A DNA stretch of 64,000 nt, taken from assembly GCA_031362865.1 (NCBI GenBank), contig JANLTH010000003.1:62848-126847 (forward strand), read 5' to 3'. This DNA comes from Burkholderiales bacterium. Lineage in GTDB: Bacteria; Pseudomonadota; Gammaproteobacteria; Burkholderiales; JAEUOS01. How positions within the stretch are numbered: position 1 is the stretch's first letter; every line of letters begins with the position of its first letter. The notes beneath the pieces were generated by a model, which saw nothing but the letters and a program-made list of their open reading frames with translations, searched no databases and was not told where the DNA came from. Below are positions 26,017-35,821 of the stretch, in pieces. Position numbers and translations under genes: made by a program.

Positions 26017-26502
26017 ATGGCAACGCCCGCCAAGAACACGATTTGCCTGTGGTACGACGGCGATGCCGAAGAAGCCGCACGCTTCTATGCCTCGGTGTTT
26101 CCCGACTCGTCCGTTCAAACCGTGCATCGCGCACCCGGAGACTATCTGTCCGGCAAGCAAGGCGATGTCCTGACGGTGGAGTTCACGGTATTGGGCATCC
26201 CGTGCCTTGGGCTCAATGGCGGCCCCGGCTGCAAACATAGCGACGCGTTTTCGTTTCAAGTGGCCACCGTCGATCAAGCCGAGACCGATCGCTACTGGGA
26301 TGCCATCGTGAGCCATGGCGGGCAAACCAGCGCTTGCGGTTGGTGCAAAGACAAATGGGGGCTGTCGTGGCAAATCACGCCGGTAGCCTTGATGCAAGCG
26401 ATCACCGACCCAGACCCTGCGGCCGCGAAGCGCTCGTTTGAGGCGATGATGCAAATGGTGAAAATCGACATTGCCATGATTGAAGCGGCAAGGCGCGGCT
26501 GA
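26017..26502 (+). CDS. VOC-family protein with 3-demethylubiquinone-9 3-methyltransferase-like (PF06983-type) domain
   Basis: ATG at 26017 follows GGAGAG. ICLWYDGDAEEAARFYASVFPDS ... CGWCKDKWGLSWQI is characteristic of this family. Confidence 0.8.
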   Translation: MATPAKNTICLWYDGDAEEAARFYASVFPDSSVQTVHRAPGDYLSGKQGDVLTVEFTVLGIPCLGLNGGPGCKHSDAFSFQVATVDQAETDRYWDAIVSHGGQTSACGWCKDKWGLSWQITPVALMQAITDPDPAAAKRSFEAMMQMVKIDIAMIEAARRG

Positions 26503-26575
26503 AGATCAAGTTTTCGAGTGGACGTATCGAGACGAAAGCCACTGAGCACATCGCCCGCCTACCGCCCCGCCCACC

Positions 26576-26839
26576 TCACCCAAACCGAAGCTTCATCACC
26601 ACCACAAACAGCGCCAGTATCAAGGTCACGAAATTGGCGATGATGATCGGCCATGCGCCGAGCATGATGCCGTACACCAGCCACAAAGCGACGCCGACGG
26701 TGAAAAAAGCATACATGCCCAGCGAGACTCCTTCAGCTTTTTTGGTGCGCCAGGTGAGCAGCACTTGCGGCAAAAACGATATCGTGGTGAGGCATCCGGC
26801 CACCAAGCCTAGCCAATCGACTGCGCTCATCTGGGTCAC
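26576..26839 (-). CDS. SemiSWEET / PQ-loop small transporter
   Basis: 87 aa with three TM helices and the PQ motif (SFLPQVLLTWRTK). Confidence 0.8.
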   Translation of the reverse strand: MTQMSAVDWLGLVAGCLTTISFLPQVLLTWRTKKAEGVSLGMYAFFTVGVALWLVYGIMLGAWPIIIANFVTLILALFVVVMKLRFG

Positions 26840-26843
26840 CAGA

Positions 26844-28097
26844 TCACCGGTAAGCTTGCCGGGCCCGCTGGCGCAAGCTTGCCACGGCGCGTGCGATGCC
26901 GCTGAATCCGGCGGGCTGATCGGCGCTCGGGTGGCGTGTCGGCTCCTCGCTCAGGCTGCTACTCACGCGCACGCCGTGCATCATGCGCGTAGCCACCAAA
27001 CGGCGCAGCGGGCCAATCGCGTTCAGCGCATTCAACCCCGCGCCCCGCGCCCACGCCAGCGGCACGAATTCGTTGGAGAAAAGGCTTACGTAGCCGTCGG
27101 TCAAGAGCACGGTTTCGTCGCGGTCGCGCGCGCGGGCACGCTCGAAGGCGCTCGCGAGTGCTGGCCCGCTCAGCCTTTCACCGGGTAACAAACCATCTTG
27201 CGCGACCGCCAATAGCGCCGCACACTCGAAGGCATCACGCAATCCCAGATTGAGGCCTTGCCCGGCAACTGGGTGAAGCGATTGGGCGGCGTTGCCGAGT
27301 GCGATCACGCCTGGGTCGGCGGGTGCGCCGCGCACTAAGCGTAAGGGAAAAATCGCACGGGCGCGAGCAGCGGTAAATGCGCCGAGCCGGTCGCCAAAAG
27401 CAGGCTGCAGCTCACGCAGAAAATTGGGCTCATCCAGCGCTGCCAGCCGTGCAGCCTCCGTATGAGCGCAACACCAAACCAAGCTCATTTGATCCGCTTG
27501 TTGGCCACCGTGGGGGCCCTCGTCGCTCGGCAGTGGCAACAAGGCCAGCGGGCCATGTGGCGTGAAAAACTCAAACGCTTCACCTAAACGTGGCGCACTT
27601 ACGGTCACATCGGCAACCACCGCGCTTTGCAGATATTCCTTGATGAGCGTGATGGTGTGCGGTGTGCCCTCGGCCTGCACGTGTAGCATGCCGGGCTGCG
27701 GCTGCGCATCCGTCGAGCCGTAGCGAATCTCAATGCCGCGCGCCGTCACCTGCTGCGCCAGCGCTTGTGTGAGTGTACCCAAGCGCAGCACCGTGCCCAA
27801 GGCGGGCGCGCCGACATCAGTGTGGCGGATCACGGTATGCCCGAAAGCCTGCGCCTGCTGCACGTGGATGGTCTGAAGAGGCGCGCCGATCAAGCCTCTC
27901 CAGACATCGACCCGTTCCAGCAATTGACGGCTGCCGTGGGCTAAGGCGACGCTGCGCGGGCTGGCGACCAGATCACGTGCCCAACTGTCGCGTGGTTTGG
28001 ACTCGACCAAGCTTACCGGCAGGCCCTGCGCATGGGCGAAGAGTGCGAAGGCCAGGCCGACGGGCCCAGCCCCAGAGATTTGGATGGCTGAGGTCAT
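26844..28097 (-). CDS. FAD-dependent monooxygenase of the UbiH/UbiF/VisC family
   Basis: N-terminal ISGAGPVGLAFAL and internal GNAAQSLHPVAGQGLNLGLRD. Lies adjacent to pepP, as in the E. coli pepP-ubiH arrangement. Confidence 0.85.
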   Translation of the reverse strand: MTSAIQISGAGPVGLAFALFAHAQGLPVSLVESKPRDSWARDLVASPRSVALAHGSRQLLERVDVWRGLIGAPLQTIHVQQAQAFGHTVIRHTDVGAPALGTVLRLGTLTQALAQQVTARGIEIRYGSTDAQPQPGMLHVQAEGTPHTITLIKEYLQSAVVADVTVSAPRLGEAFEFFTPHGPLALLPLPSDEGPHGGQQADQMSLVWCCAHTEAARLAALDEPNFLRELQPAFGDRLGAFTAARARAIFPLRLVRGAPADPGVIALGNAAQSLHPVAGQGLNLGLRDAFECAALLAVAQDGLLPGERLSGPALASAFERARARDRDETVLLTDGYVSLFSNEFVPLAWARGAGLNALNAIGPLRRLVATRMMHGVRVSSSLSEEPTRHPSADQPAGFSGIARAVASLRQRARQAYR

Positions 28098-28105
28098 CGC
28101 CGACT

Positions 28106-29476
28106 TCAGCGCTGCATCACCGCTTCAATTTCAGCGACCGTCTTCGGTGCTTTGACGGTAATCAGCTCGCAGCCGCCCTTGACCAACAGCGCGTCGTCTT
28201 CAATCCGAATCCCGATGTTCCAAAAGGCCTTGGGCACGCCCTTCGCAGGCCGCACGTAAATGCCAGGCTCAATCGTGACCACGTTGCCGGGTTGCAAGCG
28301 TTTGGAGCTGCCGTCGTGATTTTTGTATTCCCCGGCATCGTGTACGTCCATCCCCAGCCAATGCCCAGTGCGGTGCATGTAAAAGGAGAAATAACCACTC
28401 TCGCGGCGGTTGCCTTTTTCGAGCACCGATTCGAGTGAACCGTTGCACAGGCCCACATCGATCATGCCCTGCGCTAGAACTTTGACCGCCACTTCATGCG
28501 GCACGTGGTACTCAGCGCCAGGTTTGGTGGCTTTTGCCGCGGCCGCCTGCGCGCGCAACACCAACTCATACAACTCGCGCTGCGGCGTGGAAAATCTGCC
28601 GTTCACCGGGTAAGTGCGGGTAATGTCGGAAGCGTAGCCTTGCAATTCGCAGCCTGCGTCGATCAGGCACAAATCGCCATCTTGCAGCACGGTATTGCCC
28701 GCCCGATAGTGCAGCACACAGGCGTTGCCACCGGTCGCAACAATCGAGGTGTAGGCCGGAAATTCGGAACCCGCGCGACGAAATTCGTGTAGCAGCTCGG
28801 CTTCGACCTCAAATTCGTGTTTTCCCGGTGCTGAAAAGCGCATCGCGCGGGCGTGGGCGGCAGACGAAATGTCGGCAGCCGCGCGCATCACTTTGATCTC
28901 GTCGGCATCTTTCACCAAACGCATTTCGTCGAGCAAGGCGCGCACATCGACAATCACTTCTGGCGCGCGCGCTCCGGCTCGCGATTGGGCGCGCAAGGTG
29001 TTTAGCGTTTTGGTGACGAATGCGTCAAAGTCTGCGTCGTAGCCCAACGCATGAAACAGGGTCGGTGCGCCATGTATCAATTCCACCAATTTGCTACTGA
29101 TCTCGTCGATGGAAAACGCTTCGTCAAACGCGAAAGCGCTTTGCGCACCCGCTGGCCCGTAGCGAAAACCGTCCCAAATTTCGCGCTCTTCATGCTTGGG
29201 GCGGCAAAATAGCACGCTCTTGATAACGGCAGTTTTGCGGTGTTTAGTTTTTGGCAAAGCCACCAGCGCGAGCACGGCTTCAGGCTCGGCAAAGCCTGTC
29301 AAATAATAGAAATAGCTGTCGTGGCGATACGGAAAACCCGCGTCGCGGTTGCGCGGCATTTCTTTTGCGGTGGGGAGCAGGGCCACGCCGCCACCCGCGG
29401 CGAGCATGGCGGCAAGCAGGCGCTTGCGGCGCTGCACATAGCGGCGCACGGGAATGATGGGGTCGGCAAAAATCAT
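28106..29476 (-). CDS. pepP: Xaa-Pro aminopeptidase (aminopeptidase P)
   Basis: 456 aa. M24B motifs DGDLCLIDAG and HRTGHWLGMDVHD, plus the EPGIY..IRIEDD metal ligands. Confidence 0.9.
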   Translation of the reverse strand: MIFADPIIPVRRYVQRRKRLLAAMLAAGGGVALLPTAKEMPRNRDAGFPYRHDSYFYYLTGFAEPEAVLALVALPKTKHRKTAVIKSVLFCRPKHEEREIWDGFRYGPAGAQSAFAFDEAFSIDEISSKLVELIHGAPTLFHALGYDADFDAFVTKTLNTLRAQSRAGARAPEVIVDVRALLDEMRLVKDADEIKVMRAAADISSAAHARAMRFSAPGKHEFEVEAELLHEFRRAGSEFPAYTSIVATGGNACVLHYRAGNTVLQDGDLCLIDAGCELQGYASDITRTYPVNGRFSTPQRELYELVLRAQAAAAKATKPGAEYHVPHEVAVKVLAQGMIDVGLCNGSLESVLEKGNRRESGYFSFYMHRTGHWLGMDVHDAGEYKNHDGSSKRLQPGNVVTIEPGIYVRPAKGVPKAFWNIGIRIEDDALLVKGGCELITVKAPKTVAEIEAVMQR

Positions 29477-29500
29477 GTTGGGTGTGGGCTGAAAAAAGGG

Positions 29501-30205
29501 CTAATCGACATTATGGGGCAAGGCCAGCGAGTCATTGAGAGCGGCTAGTCGTTCCGGCGTGCCCACGTCTTCCCAGCGCCCGGAGAAGAATTCACCCCGG
29601 ACTTCATTGCGGGCAATCGCCCCATCGAGCAACGGGCGCATTTTGGCTTTGGTATGGGGCGGTACATCAGCGAAAAAACTGGCGCGATACACGCCAATGC
29701 CGCTAAAGGTGAAGCGTGGGGCGGCGGTAGTCAGGCATCCGCCTTGCAGGCCAAAATCACCACCAGCGTGCTGCGCCGGGTTGGATACCATCACCAGCCA
29801 GGCAGCGGCATCGCCCAGCTGCGCGGCGATGGTGTTGGCACGGGCAAATGGGTAGTCACAAAACACGTCGCCATTGACGACCAAAAAAGGCTCGTCGCCT
29901 TCTGCGAGCAGGGGTAGTGCGGTTTTGATGCCACCGGCGGTTTCCAGCGCATGCTCTGCGGTCAGCCCTTCGCGCGAGTAGGCGATGCGCACGCCATAGT
30001 ACTCGCCCCTGCCGAGCGCTGCCTCAATTCGCTCGCCCAAGTGCGCGGTGTTGACCACGATCTCGCTAAATCCGGCGTTACGCAGGCGCTGCAAATGCCA
30101 GCCGATCAATGGCTGAAGACCAGCCACCAGCAAGGGTTTCGGGACAGTATCTGTGAGCGGGCGGAGGCGTTCGCCCCGGCCAGCCGCAAGGATCATTGCC
30201 CGCAT
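29501..30205 (-). CDS. sugar-1-phosphate nucleotidyltransferase (MurU-like)
   Basis: MILAAGRGERLRPLTDTVPKPLL is the G-x-G-x-R nucleotidyltransferase signature. The 234-aa length fits the MurU / mannose-1-P guanylyltransferase-like group. Confidence 0.7.
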   Translation of the reverse strand: MRAMILAAGRGERLRPLTDTVPKPLLVAGLQPLIGWHLQRLRNAGFSEIVVNTAHLGERIEAALGRGEYYGVRIAYSREGLTAEHALETAGGIKTALPLLAEGDEPFLVVNGDVFCDYPFARANTIAAQLGDAAAWLVMVSNPAQHAGGDFGLQGGCLTTAAPRFTFSGIGVYRASFFADVPPHTKAKMRPLLDGAIARNEVRGEFFSGRWEDVGTPERLAALNDSLALPHNVD

Positions 30206-30211
30206 CGGTCG

Positions 30212-32029
30212 TTATTGCGCATCGAGCCTGAATTTGGCATAGCGCCCTGGCGCATCTTCAATCGCCTTCAACTTGCCGCTACCTGGCTTGCGTGCCGGCA
30301 CCTGTTTTGCCTTGTTGTGCGGCGCGACCCAGGCCAGCCAGTCAGCCCACCACGAACCCGGATGCTGGGTCGCTGTCCTGAGCCAGTCTTCCGGCTCTTT
30401 GGGCAGCTTGCTGTTGGTCCAGTAGTGGTATTTGTTGGCAGCTGGTGGGTTGACGATGCCTGCGATGTGCCCGGAGCCGCCCAGTACAAACCGGTTGGCA
30501 CCGCCCAACAAGTGCGGCCCGGCGTAGGTTGCTACCCAAGGCGCAATGTGGTCTTCAATTGTGGAGATGAAATAGGCCGGGGTTTCGACTTTGGAAAGGT
30601 CAATCGGCACGCCTTGCAGCGTGACCGCGCCTGGCTTGGTGAGATTGTTTTTGATGTACATCTCACGCAAATAAAAGGTGTGCATCGCCGCTGGCATGCG
30701 GGTTGCATCCGAGTTCCAAAAGAGCAGGTCAAACGGGAACGGATCTTTGCCCATCAAATAATTGTGGACGTAAAACGACCAGATCAAATCATTCGCGCGC
30801 AGCATGTTGAAGGTAGAAGCCATCTCACTACCTTCGAGAAAGCCGCCGCGTTTGGCCATGCGCTTTTCGAGCGCGCTGACCTGCTGCTCGTCGACAAAAA
30901 CGCCCAGATCCCCCGGCTTGGCAAAGTCGACCAGGCTGGTGAAAAAGGTGACGGATTTAATGCGCGTGTCTTTTTTGGCAGCCATTACGCCGAGCATACA
31001 GGCGGCCAGCGTGCCGCCCAGGCAGTAGCCGATCAGATTGATTTCTTTGACTCCCGTAGCCTGCTCCATTGCCGTCATCGCGGCCAGCGGGCCTTCGGTC
31101 ATGTAGTCGTCGAAGGTTTTTTTAGCAAGCTTGGCGTCCGGGTTGACCCATGAAATCACGAACACCGTGAAGCCTTGATCGACCGCCCACTTGATGAAGG
31201 AATTCTTTGGCTGCAAATCGAGGATGTAATACTTGTTGATCCACGGGGGAATGATGAGCAATGGTGCGGCGTGGACATTTTTGGTCGATGGCTCGTACTG
31301 CAACAGCTGCATGAGCGGCGTTTCAAACACCACCTTGCCGGGTGTGGAGGCCACATTTTTGCCCAGCTCGAACGCTTTCGGATCGGTCATCGCGATCGAT
31401 AGGCCGCCCTTGCCGCGCTCTAAGTCACGCATGAAATTCTTCAGGCCCTTGACCAAGTTTTCACCCTTGGTCGCCTGAATTTCGCGCAACACCGCCGGGT
31501 TGGTCATCGCAAAATTGGTGGGCGAAGCAGCATCGAGCATTTGCTTGCTGAAGTAACGCACCTTCTTTTTCGCGTCTGGCGAAACATCTTTCACCGACTC
31601 GATGTTGCGCTGAATGTGATCGGTCGCCAATTGGTACGACTGTTTGACAAAAGCGTGCCAGGGGTTAGCGTTCCAGTCGGTATCAGCAAAGCGCTTGTCG
31701 GCGCTTTTTTCTTTCGGCGCGTCCGGTGCGGTAGCGCCACCCGTTGTGCCCATCGCGCCCATCGCGCCCATCCAGGTTTCTTGCGCAAGGCGAAAGTAGT
31801 CTTGCGCGAAGCGCGTGTTCGCTTCCATCAAATGCATCGGGTCTTTGGCGGCTTGCTCGGCTACTTCGAGGAATGCCTTGCCGATGCCCAACTCGTCGGA
31901 AAACAGTGAAACCGCGTCTTCTGACTGCTTCTTGGCCATTTGCGGAATCAGCTTGGTGGCACGCTCGGCGACAGCGGCGATGCTCTGGGCGAGTTGCCCC
32001 ATTTGTTCCATTTTGGCTTGGTCAGTCAT
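30212..32029 (-). CDS. phaC: class I poly(3-hydroxyalkanoate) synthase
   Basis: 605 aa. Lipase-box-like GYCLGGT, with conserved PhaC N-terminal and alpha/beta-hydrolase regions. Confidence 0.9.
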   Translation of the reverse strand: MTDQAKMEQMGQLAQSIAAVAERATKLIPQMAKKQSEDAVSLFSDELGIGKAFLEVAEQAAKDPMHLMEANTRFAQDYFRLAQETWMGAMGAMGTTGGATAPDAPKEKSADKRFADTDWNANPWHAFVKQSYQLATDHIQRNIESVKDVSPDAKKKVRYFSKQMLDAASPTNFAMTNPAVLREIQATKGENLVKGLKNFMRDLERGKGGLSIAMTDPKAFELGKNVASTPGKVVFETPLMQLLQYEPSTKNVHAAPLLIIPPWINKYYILDLQPKNSFIKWAVDQGFTVFVISWVNPDAKLAKKTFDDYMTEGPLAAMTAMEQATGVKEINLIGYCLGGTLAACMLGVMAAKKDTRIKSVTFFTSLVDFAKPGDLGVFVDEQQVSALEKRMAKRGGFLEGSEMASTFNMLRANDLIWSFYVHNYLMGKDPFPFDLLFWNSDATRMPAAMHTFYLREMYIKNNLTKPGAVTLQGVPIDLSKVETPAYFISTIEDHIAPWVATYAGPHLLGGANRFVLGGSGHIAGIVNPPAANKYHYWTNSKLPKEPEDWLRTATQHPGSWWADWLAWVAPHNKAKQVPARKPGSGKLKAIEDAPGRYAKFRLDAQ

Positions 32030-32048
32030 GGTGGTCTCCTTCGATTTT

Positions 32049-33146
32049 CTATGCAGTCACGGTGAAAAAGCGTACCACGCCATCCGCGTCCACGCGGCTG
32101 GCGACCCGCCCGGTGTCGCGCAGGTAGTGCAAATGAGCGAGCGATTCACCAATCGCAAACACCATCTGGTGCGCATCCATCTTGCGCGTAAACAAAATCG
32201 GAATTACGTCTGCGGCGGTGAGCGCTTGCGGGGCTGCTGCCAGATGCGCTTCGAGCGCGGTGAGGCGCTCTTGATGATGATCGTGCAATTGCTGCACGCG
32301 CTCGTGTACGCCGCGAAACAGCATGCCATGCGAGGGCAGTACCAGCGTGTCTTCAGGCAACGCGCGAAATTTATCGATCGATTCCAGAAAGAGCCGCACT
32401 GAACTCATCTCCGGCTCATTCGGCCACACGCCCACATTGGTGGAAATGCGCGGCAAGAGCATGTCGCCCGAAATCAAAATCTTCATCGAATCGCAATAGA
32501 GTGCGGCGTGCTCGGGCGAATGACCGAAGCCGGAGATCACCTGCCAGCACCGCTCTTCAGATGGTATGCCTGAAGAAGTCCGTCCAGAGCCGATCTTCAC
32601 GACGTCGCCCGGCATCATGCGAGTGTAGGAAAGCGGTACTGCGGGTACCAGCTTCTTGTAGTAGTCCTGCCGCGTGGTGCTCATCTCGTCGAGCGTTTCG
32701 GTATCCAGGCCGTGTTTGCGAAAGTGCGCGACTTGGCTATCGTTGTCAAAGCCCGGCATGCCCTGATTGAGAATGCGCGCCAAAAAATATTCGCCGGGCG
32801 CCGCCCAAAATGGCACCTTGAAGCGTTCGCACAGCCAGGCTGCGTTGCCCACGTGGTCCGGGTGCGCGTGGGTGATGAGTACCCGCACAATCGGCTTTCC
32901 GTCTAGTTCGTTGGCGAAAATCTGCTCCCACGCGTCGCGCGTAGCGGGCACGGCCACGCCAGTGTCAACCACGGTCCAGCCGTCAACGCCATTGAAGGTA
33001 TCTTCCAGCAGCCACAGGTTGATATGGTCGAGCACGAAGGGGAGCTTCATGCGCAACCACTTGATACCCGGTGCGATCGTTAGGGTAGCACCAACATCGG
33101 GAATGTTGGGAAAAGGATATTGCAGGCGCGCTTCAAGGAGATTCAT
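32049..33146 (-). CDS. MBL-fold metallo-hydrolase
   Basis: The THAHPDH metal-binding motif (HxHxDH) and downstream His/Asp ligands. Confidence 0.8.
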   Translation of the reverse strand: MNLLEARLQYPFPNIPDVGATLTIAPGIKWLRMKLPFVLDHINLWLLEDTFNGVDGWTVVDTGVAVPATRDAWEQIFANELDGKPIVRVLITHAHPDHVGNAAWLCERFKVPFWAAPGEYFLARILNQGMPGFDNDSQVAHFRKHGLDTETLDEMSTTRQDYYKKLVPAVPLSYTRMMPGDVVKIGSGRTSSGIPSEERCWQVISGFGHSPEHAALYCDSMKILISGDMLLPRISTNVGVWPNEPEMSSVRLFLESIDKFRALPEDTLVLPSHGMLFRGVHERVQQLHDHHQERLTALEAHLAAAPQALTAADVIPILFTRKMDAHQMVFAIGESLAHLHYLRDTGRVASRVDADGVVRFFTVTA

Positions 33147-33154
33147 CGCAACAC

Positions 33155-33170
33155 TTTACGTTCACGTAAA
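33155..33170. promoter_or_regulatory. candidate MerR-type operator, palindrome TTTACG-TTCA-CGTAAA
   Basis: Perfect 6-bp arms in the 55-bp gap between the divergent MBL-hydrolase and MerR-regulator genes. Confidence 0.45.
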
Positions 33171-33201
33171 CTCGCATTTTCCCCCGAGTTGCCATGCGCG
33201 A

Positions 33202-33627
33202 ATGAACACTTACACCATCACCGAGCTCTCGCGCGAATTCGACATCACCCCGCGCGCGATTCGGTTTTACGAAGATCAGGGCTTGTTGCAACCAGCGCGC
33301 GCGGGCGCTGGCCAAGCCCGGGTATATGCCCAGCGCGACCGCACGCGCCTCAAGCTCACCCTGCGCGGCAAACGCTTGGGGCTCTCGCTGTCAGAAATTC
33401 GCGAATTGGTCGATATGTATGAAAGCCCGCGCGACGAGGCGGCGCAGCTGCAAAAATTCTTGAGCGTACTGGCCAACCACCGCGTGCAGCTCGAACAGCA
33501 GCAAGAAGACCTTCAGGTGATGTTGGCCGAGATTATGGCTTTTGAGGAAAAGACCCAAAAGCGCTTGGGTAGTGGCTTGGCTTCTACCGTTGCCGCCAAG
33601 AAGCGCGCGCCTCTTAGGGCCACTTGA
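33202..33627 (+). CDS. MerR-family transcriptional regulator (LiuR-like)
   Basis: Only the last 141 codons of track ORF 32767..33627 are used. YTITELSREFDITPRAIRFYEDQGLL HTH followed by a coiled-coil dimerisation helix. Confidence 0.85.
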   Translation: MNTYTITELSREFDITPRAIRFYEDQGLLQPARAGAGQARVYAQRDRTRLKLTLRGKRLGLSLSEIRELVDMYESPRDEAAQLQKFLSVLANHRVQLEQQQEDLQVMLAEIMAFEEKTQKRLGSGLASTVAAKKRAPLRAT

Positions 33628-34666
33628 TTTCAGCCGCGTCCACTCGGCGTGGCGCAATCAGGTAGAGCACGTCGCCCGGCTGCACCATCCGGCTACCCTC
33701 GGCGTTGAGGTGAATTTGCGCGTCGTAGGCGTTGCCTGCCACGCCGATCAGCGTGACCGCGTGGTCGCGCTTGAGCGCCAACAGCAGGTCGTCATAGCGC
33801 ATGGGCGGCAGATGCGCCGGGACTTGCAGCGACACTTCAAATTGCCCTTCAACACTGGAGAGCAAGTCGTGAATCACGCGCGAGGAGCCTGGGTCTTGCG
33901 CGGCCCGCACCACCATTTCGACCCCGACGGAAACCACCGCTTCGCTCTTTTTGCAATGTGCCTTGTAGAGCTTGGCGCTGGCCTTGTCGCGAAAATAGGC
34001 GACGTGATGGGCGCTTTGGTTCAGTGCCGCAGCGGCTAATCCTGCCGTCAGGGTTTCGCCGTCGTCTTCGCCAAACACGATGATGGTGTGTGCTTGCGCG
34101 ACCCCGGCGCGCAGATGCAGATTTTCATCGACCAGAGTGGTGCCGCGCACAAACTTGACCAAATCGGGCAGCGGGTTTTCCATTTCCTGATGCGCGCACA
34201 GCACAATTTCGCGGTGCACGCTATGGCGGTCGGCGCGGATTTCATCGACCATGCGCCGCGTTAAATCGCCGCTCCAACCGAGGATCACGATGTGCCCGGA
34301 CAATTCTTCGTAACTGGCTTCGCCGCGCATACGCTGCCTCCACAGGGTGCTTAAGGTCTGAACAAATTTGGTAATGCCCGCTGCAAACATCACGACACCG
34401 CCGGGCTGCAACCACAAGGACACAAACAGCCGTCCGCCCGGTGTTTTAGGCGCGATGTCGCCATAGCCAATCGTAAAAACGGTAGTCGTGTAGAAGTAGA
34501 AGAAATCGATTTTTTGCAGGATTTCGCCAGTTTCAAAGCGCGCCAAGCCCAAATAGGTGACCACGCAGTGCAGCACCATCAAGCACAGCAGCAAGCCCCA
34601 CGACAGGCGGGCGACTTGGCTGTAGAAGAGCTTGCACAGGCGTGCAAAGGCGGCTTGAAAAGGCAT
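33614..34666 (-). CDS. potassium channel protein with RCK/TrkA-N domain
   Basis: Selectivity filter TIGYGD after two TM helices, then a Rossmann-like segment HIVILGWSG. Confidence 0.8.
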   Translation of the reverse strand: MPFQAAFARLCKLFYSQVARLSWGLLLCLMVLHCVVTYLGLARFETGEILQKIDFFYFYTTTVFTIGYGDIAPKTPGGRLFVSLWLQPGGVVMFAAGITKFVQTLSTLWRQRMRGEASYEELSGHIVILGWSGDLTRRMVDEIRADRHSVHREIVLCAHQEMENPLPDLVKFVRGTTLVDENLHLRAGVAQAHTIIVFGEDDGETLTAGLAAAALNQSAHHVAYFRDKASAKLYKAHCKKSEAVVSVGVEMVVRAAQDPGSSRVIHDLLSSVEGQFEVSLQVPAHLPPMRYDDLLLALKRDHAVTLIGVAGNAYDAQIHLNAEGSRMVQPGDVLYLIAPRRVDAAEIKWP

Positions 34667-34693
34667 GTGTGAAGTGTACTGCGGCGAAGCGCG

Positions 34694-35743
34694 TCAGTCG
34701 AGTTTGACGTTGGCGGCTTTTGCCACGCGCGCCCATTTTTCGATTTCACGCTGAATAAACGCACCATAGGCTTGCGGTGTTCCCGGGTCAGGAATCGAGC
34801 CGCGCTCAATGATTTTGTCGCGCAAGGCGGGCTCGCGCAGCAGGCGCTGAATGTCGGCGCTGACTTTTTCCACGATCTCACGCGGCGTGCTGATCGGTGC
34901 CAAGATGCCCGACCAGCCTGCGGCATCAAAACCGGGCACGGTGTCGGCAATCGGCGGCACCTCGGGCAGTTGCGGCACCCGCTGTGCCGTGGTCACAGCC
35001 AGCGCGCGTAGTTTGCCGCCTTTGATGTTGCCAAGCGCGGCCGTGACACTGTCGAACATCAGCATGACTTGGCCACCCAGCAAGTCAGTCATCGCCGGGC
35101 CGCTGCCTTTGTAGGGCACATGCACCAAGTCGATGGCCGCCTGGCTTTTAAACAATTCAGCCGACAAATGCTGGGCCGTGCCCGGCCCGGCGGAAGCGAA
35201 GTTGATCTTGCCGGGTTCCTTTTTTGCCGCAGCAATCAGTTCAGCCAATGTTTTGAACGGCGCATCCGGGTGTGCCACAGCGACCAAAGGCGCAATAAAA
35301 ACGTTCGAGATCGGCGCGAAGTCTTCGAGCGGCTTGTAAGGCAAGCTTGCGTAAATCCCAGGGTTGATGCCCAAGGTGCCTGAGGTGCCCATGGTGAGGG
35401 TGTAGCCATCTGGCGCGGCGGTTTTGCCTGCCATGATGCCTGGCACACCGCCGCCGCCCGCGCGATTTTCGACGATCACGGGCTGCTTCCACAGGTCTGT
35501 CAGGCGCTCCGCCAAGAGTCTGGCGAAGATGTCGGCGGCTTGGCCCGGCGGCAAGGGCACGATGATTTTGACGACCCGGTTCGGGTATCCGGCTTGCGCA
35601 AGCGCAACTTGAGGCAGCAGGTTTGCGGCGCTCAAGATGCCCGCGCTGGCCGCCCAGCGCAGCACCTCACGCCGAGAGGCGCTGGCGGTAGCGGCAACAC
35701 CAACGACGACGAGGGAGTGTTTCATGACTGACCTTTTATCCAA
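34694..35743 (-). CDS. Bug-family (TctC-like) tripartite tricarboxylate transporter substrate-binding protein
   Basis: Signal sequence with an RR-containing n-region (SRREVLR), then YPNRVVKIIVPLPPGQAADI and the FAPISNV pattern typical of Bug proteins. Confidence 0.85.
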   Translation of the reverse strand: MDKRSVMKHSLVVVGVAATASASRREVLRWAASAGILSAANLLPQVALAQAGYPNRVVKIIVPLPPGQAADIFARLLAERLTDLWKQPVIVENRAGGGGVPGIMAGKTAAPDGYTLTMGTSGTLGINPGIYASLPYKPLEDFAPISNVFIAPLVAVAHPDAPFKTLAELIAAAKKEPGKINFASAGPGTAQHLSAELFKSQAAIDLVHVPYKGSGPAMTDLLGGQVMLMFDSVTAALGNIKGGKLRALAVTTAQRVPQLPEVPPIADTVPGFDAAGWSGILAPISTPREIVEKVSADIQRLLREPALRDKIIERGSIPDPGTPQAYGAFIQREIEKWARVAKAANVKLD

Positions 35744-35821
35744 ACAAAGTTGATCGAGTTGCGGTTGAGACCACGAAATCTGGCCGCAGTAAACCTCGCC
35801 TAAGCCTCGCCCAAACCTCGC

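Noticed and set aside
32767-33201. N-terminal 145 codons of track ORF 32767..33627
   Set aside because: This part is antisense to the well-supported MBL-hydrolase gene. The MerR HTH begins right after the internal ATG at 33202, which is where homologous regulators start.
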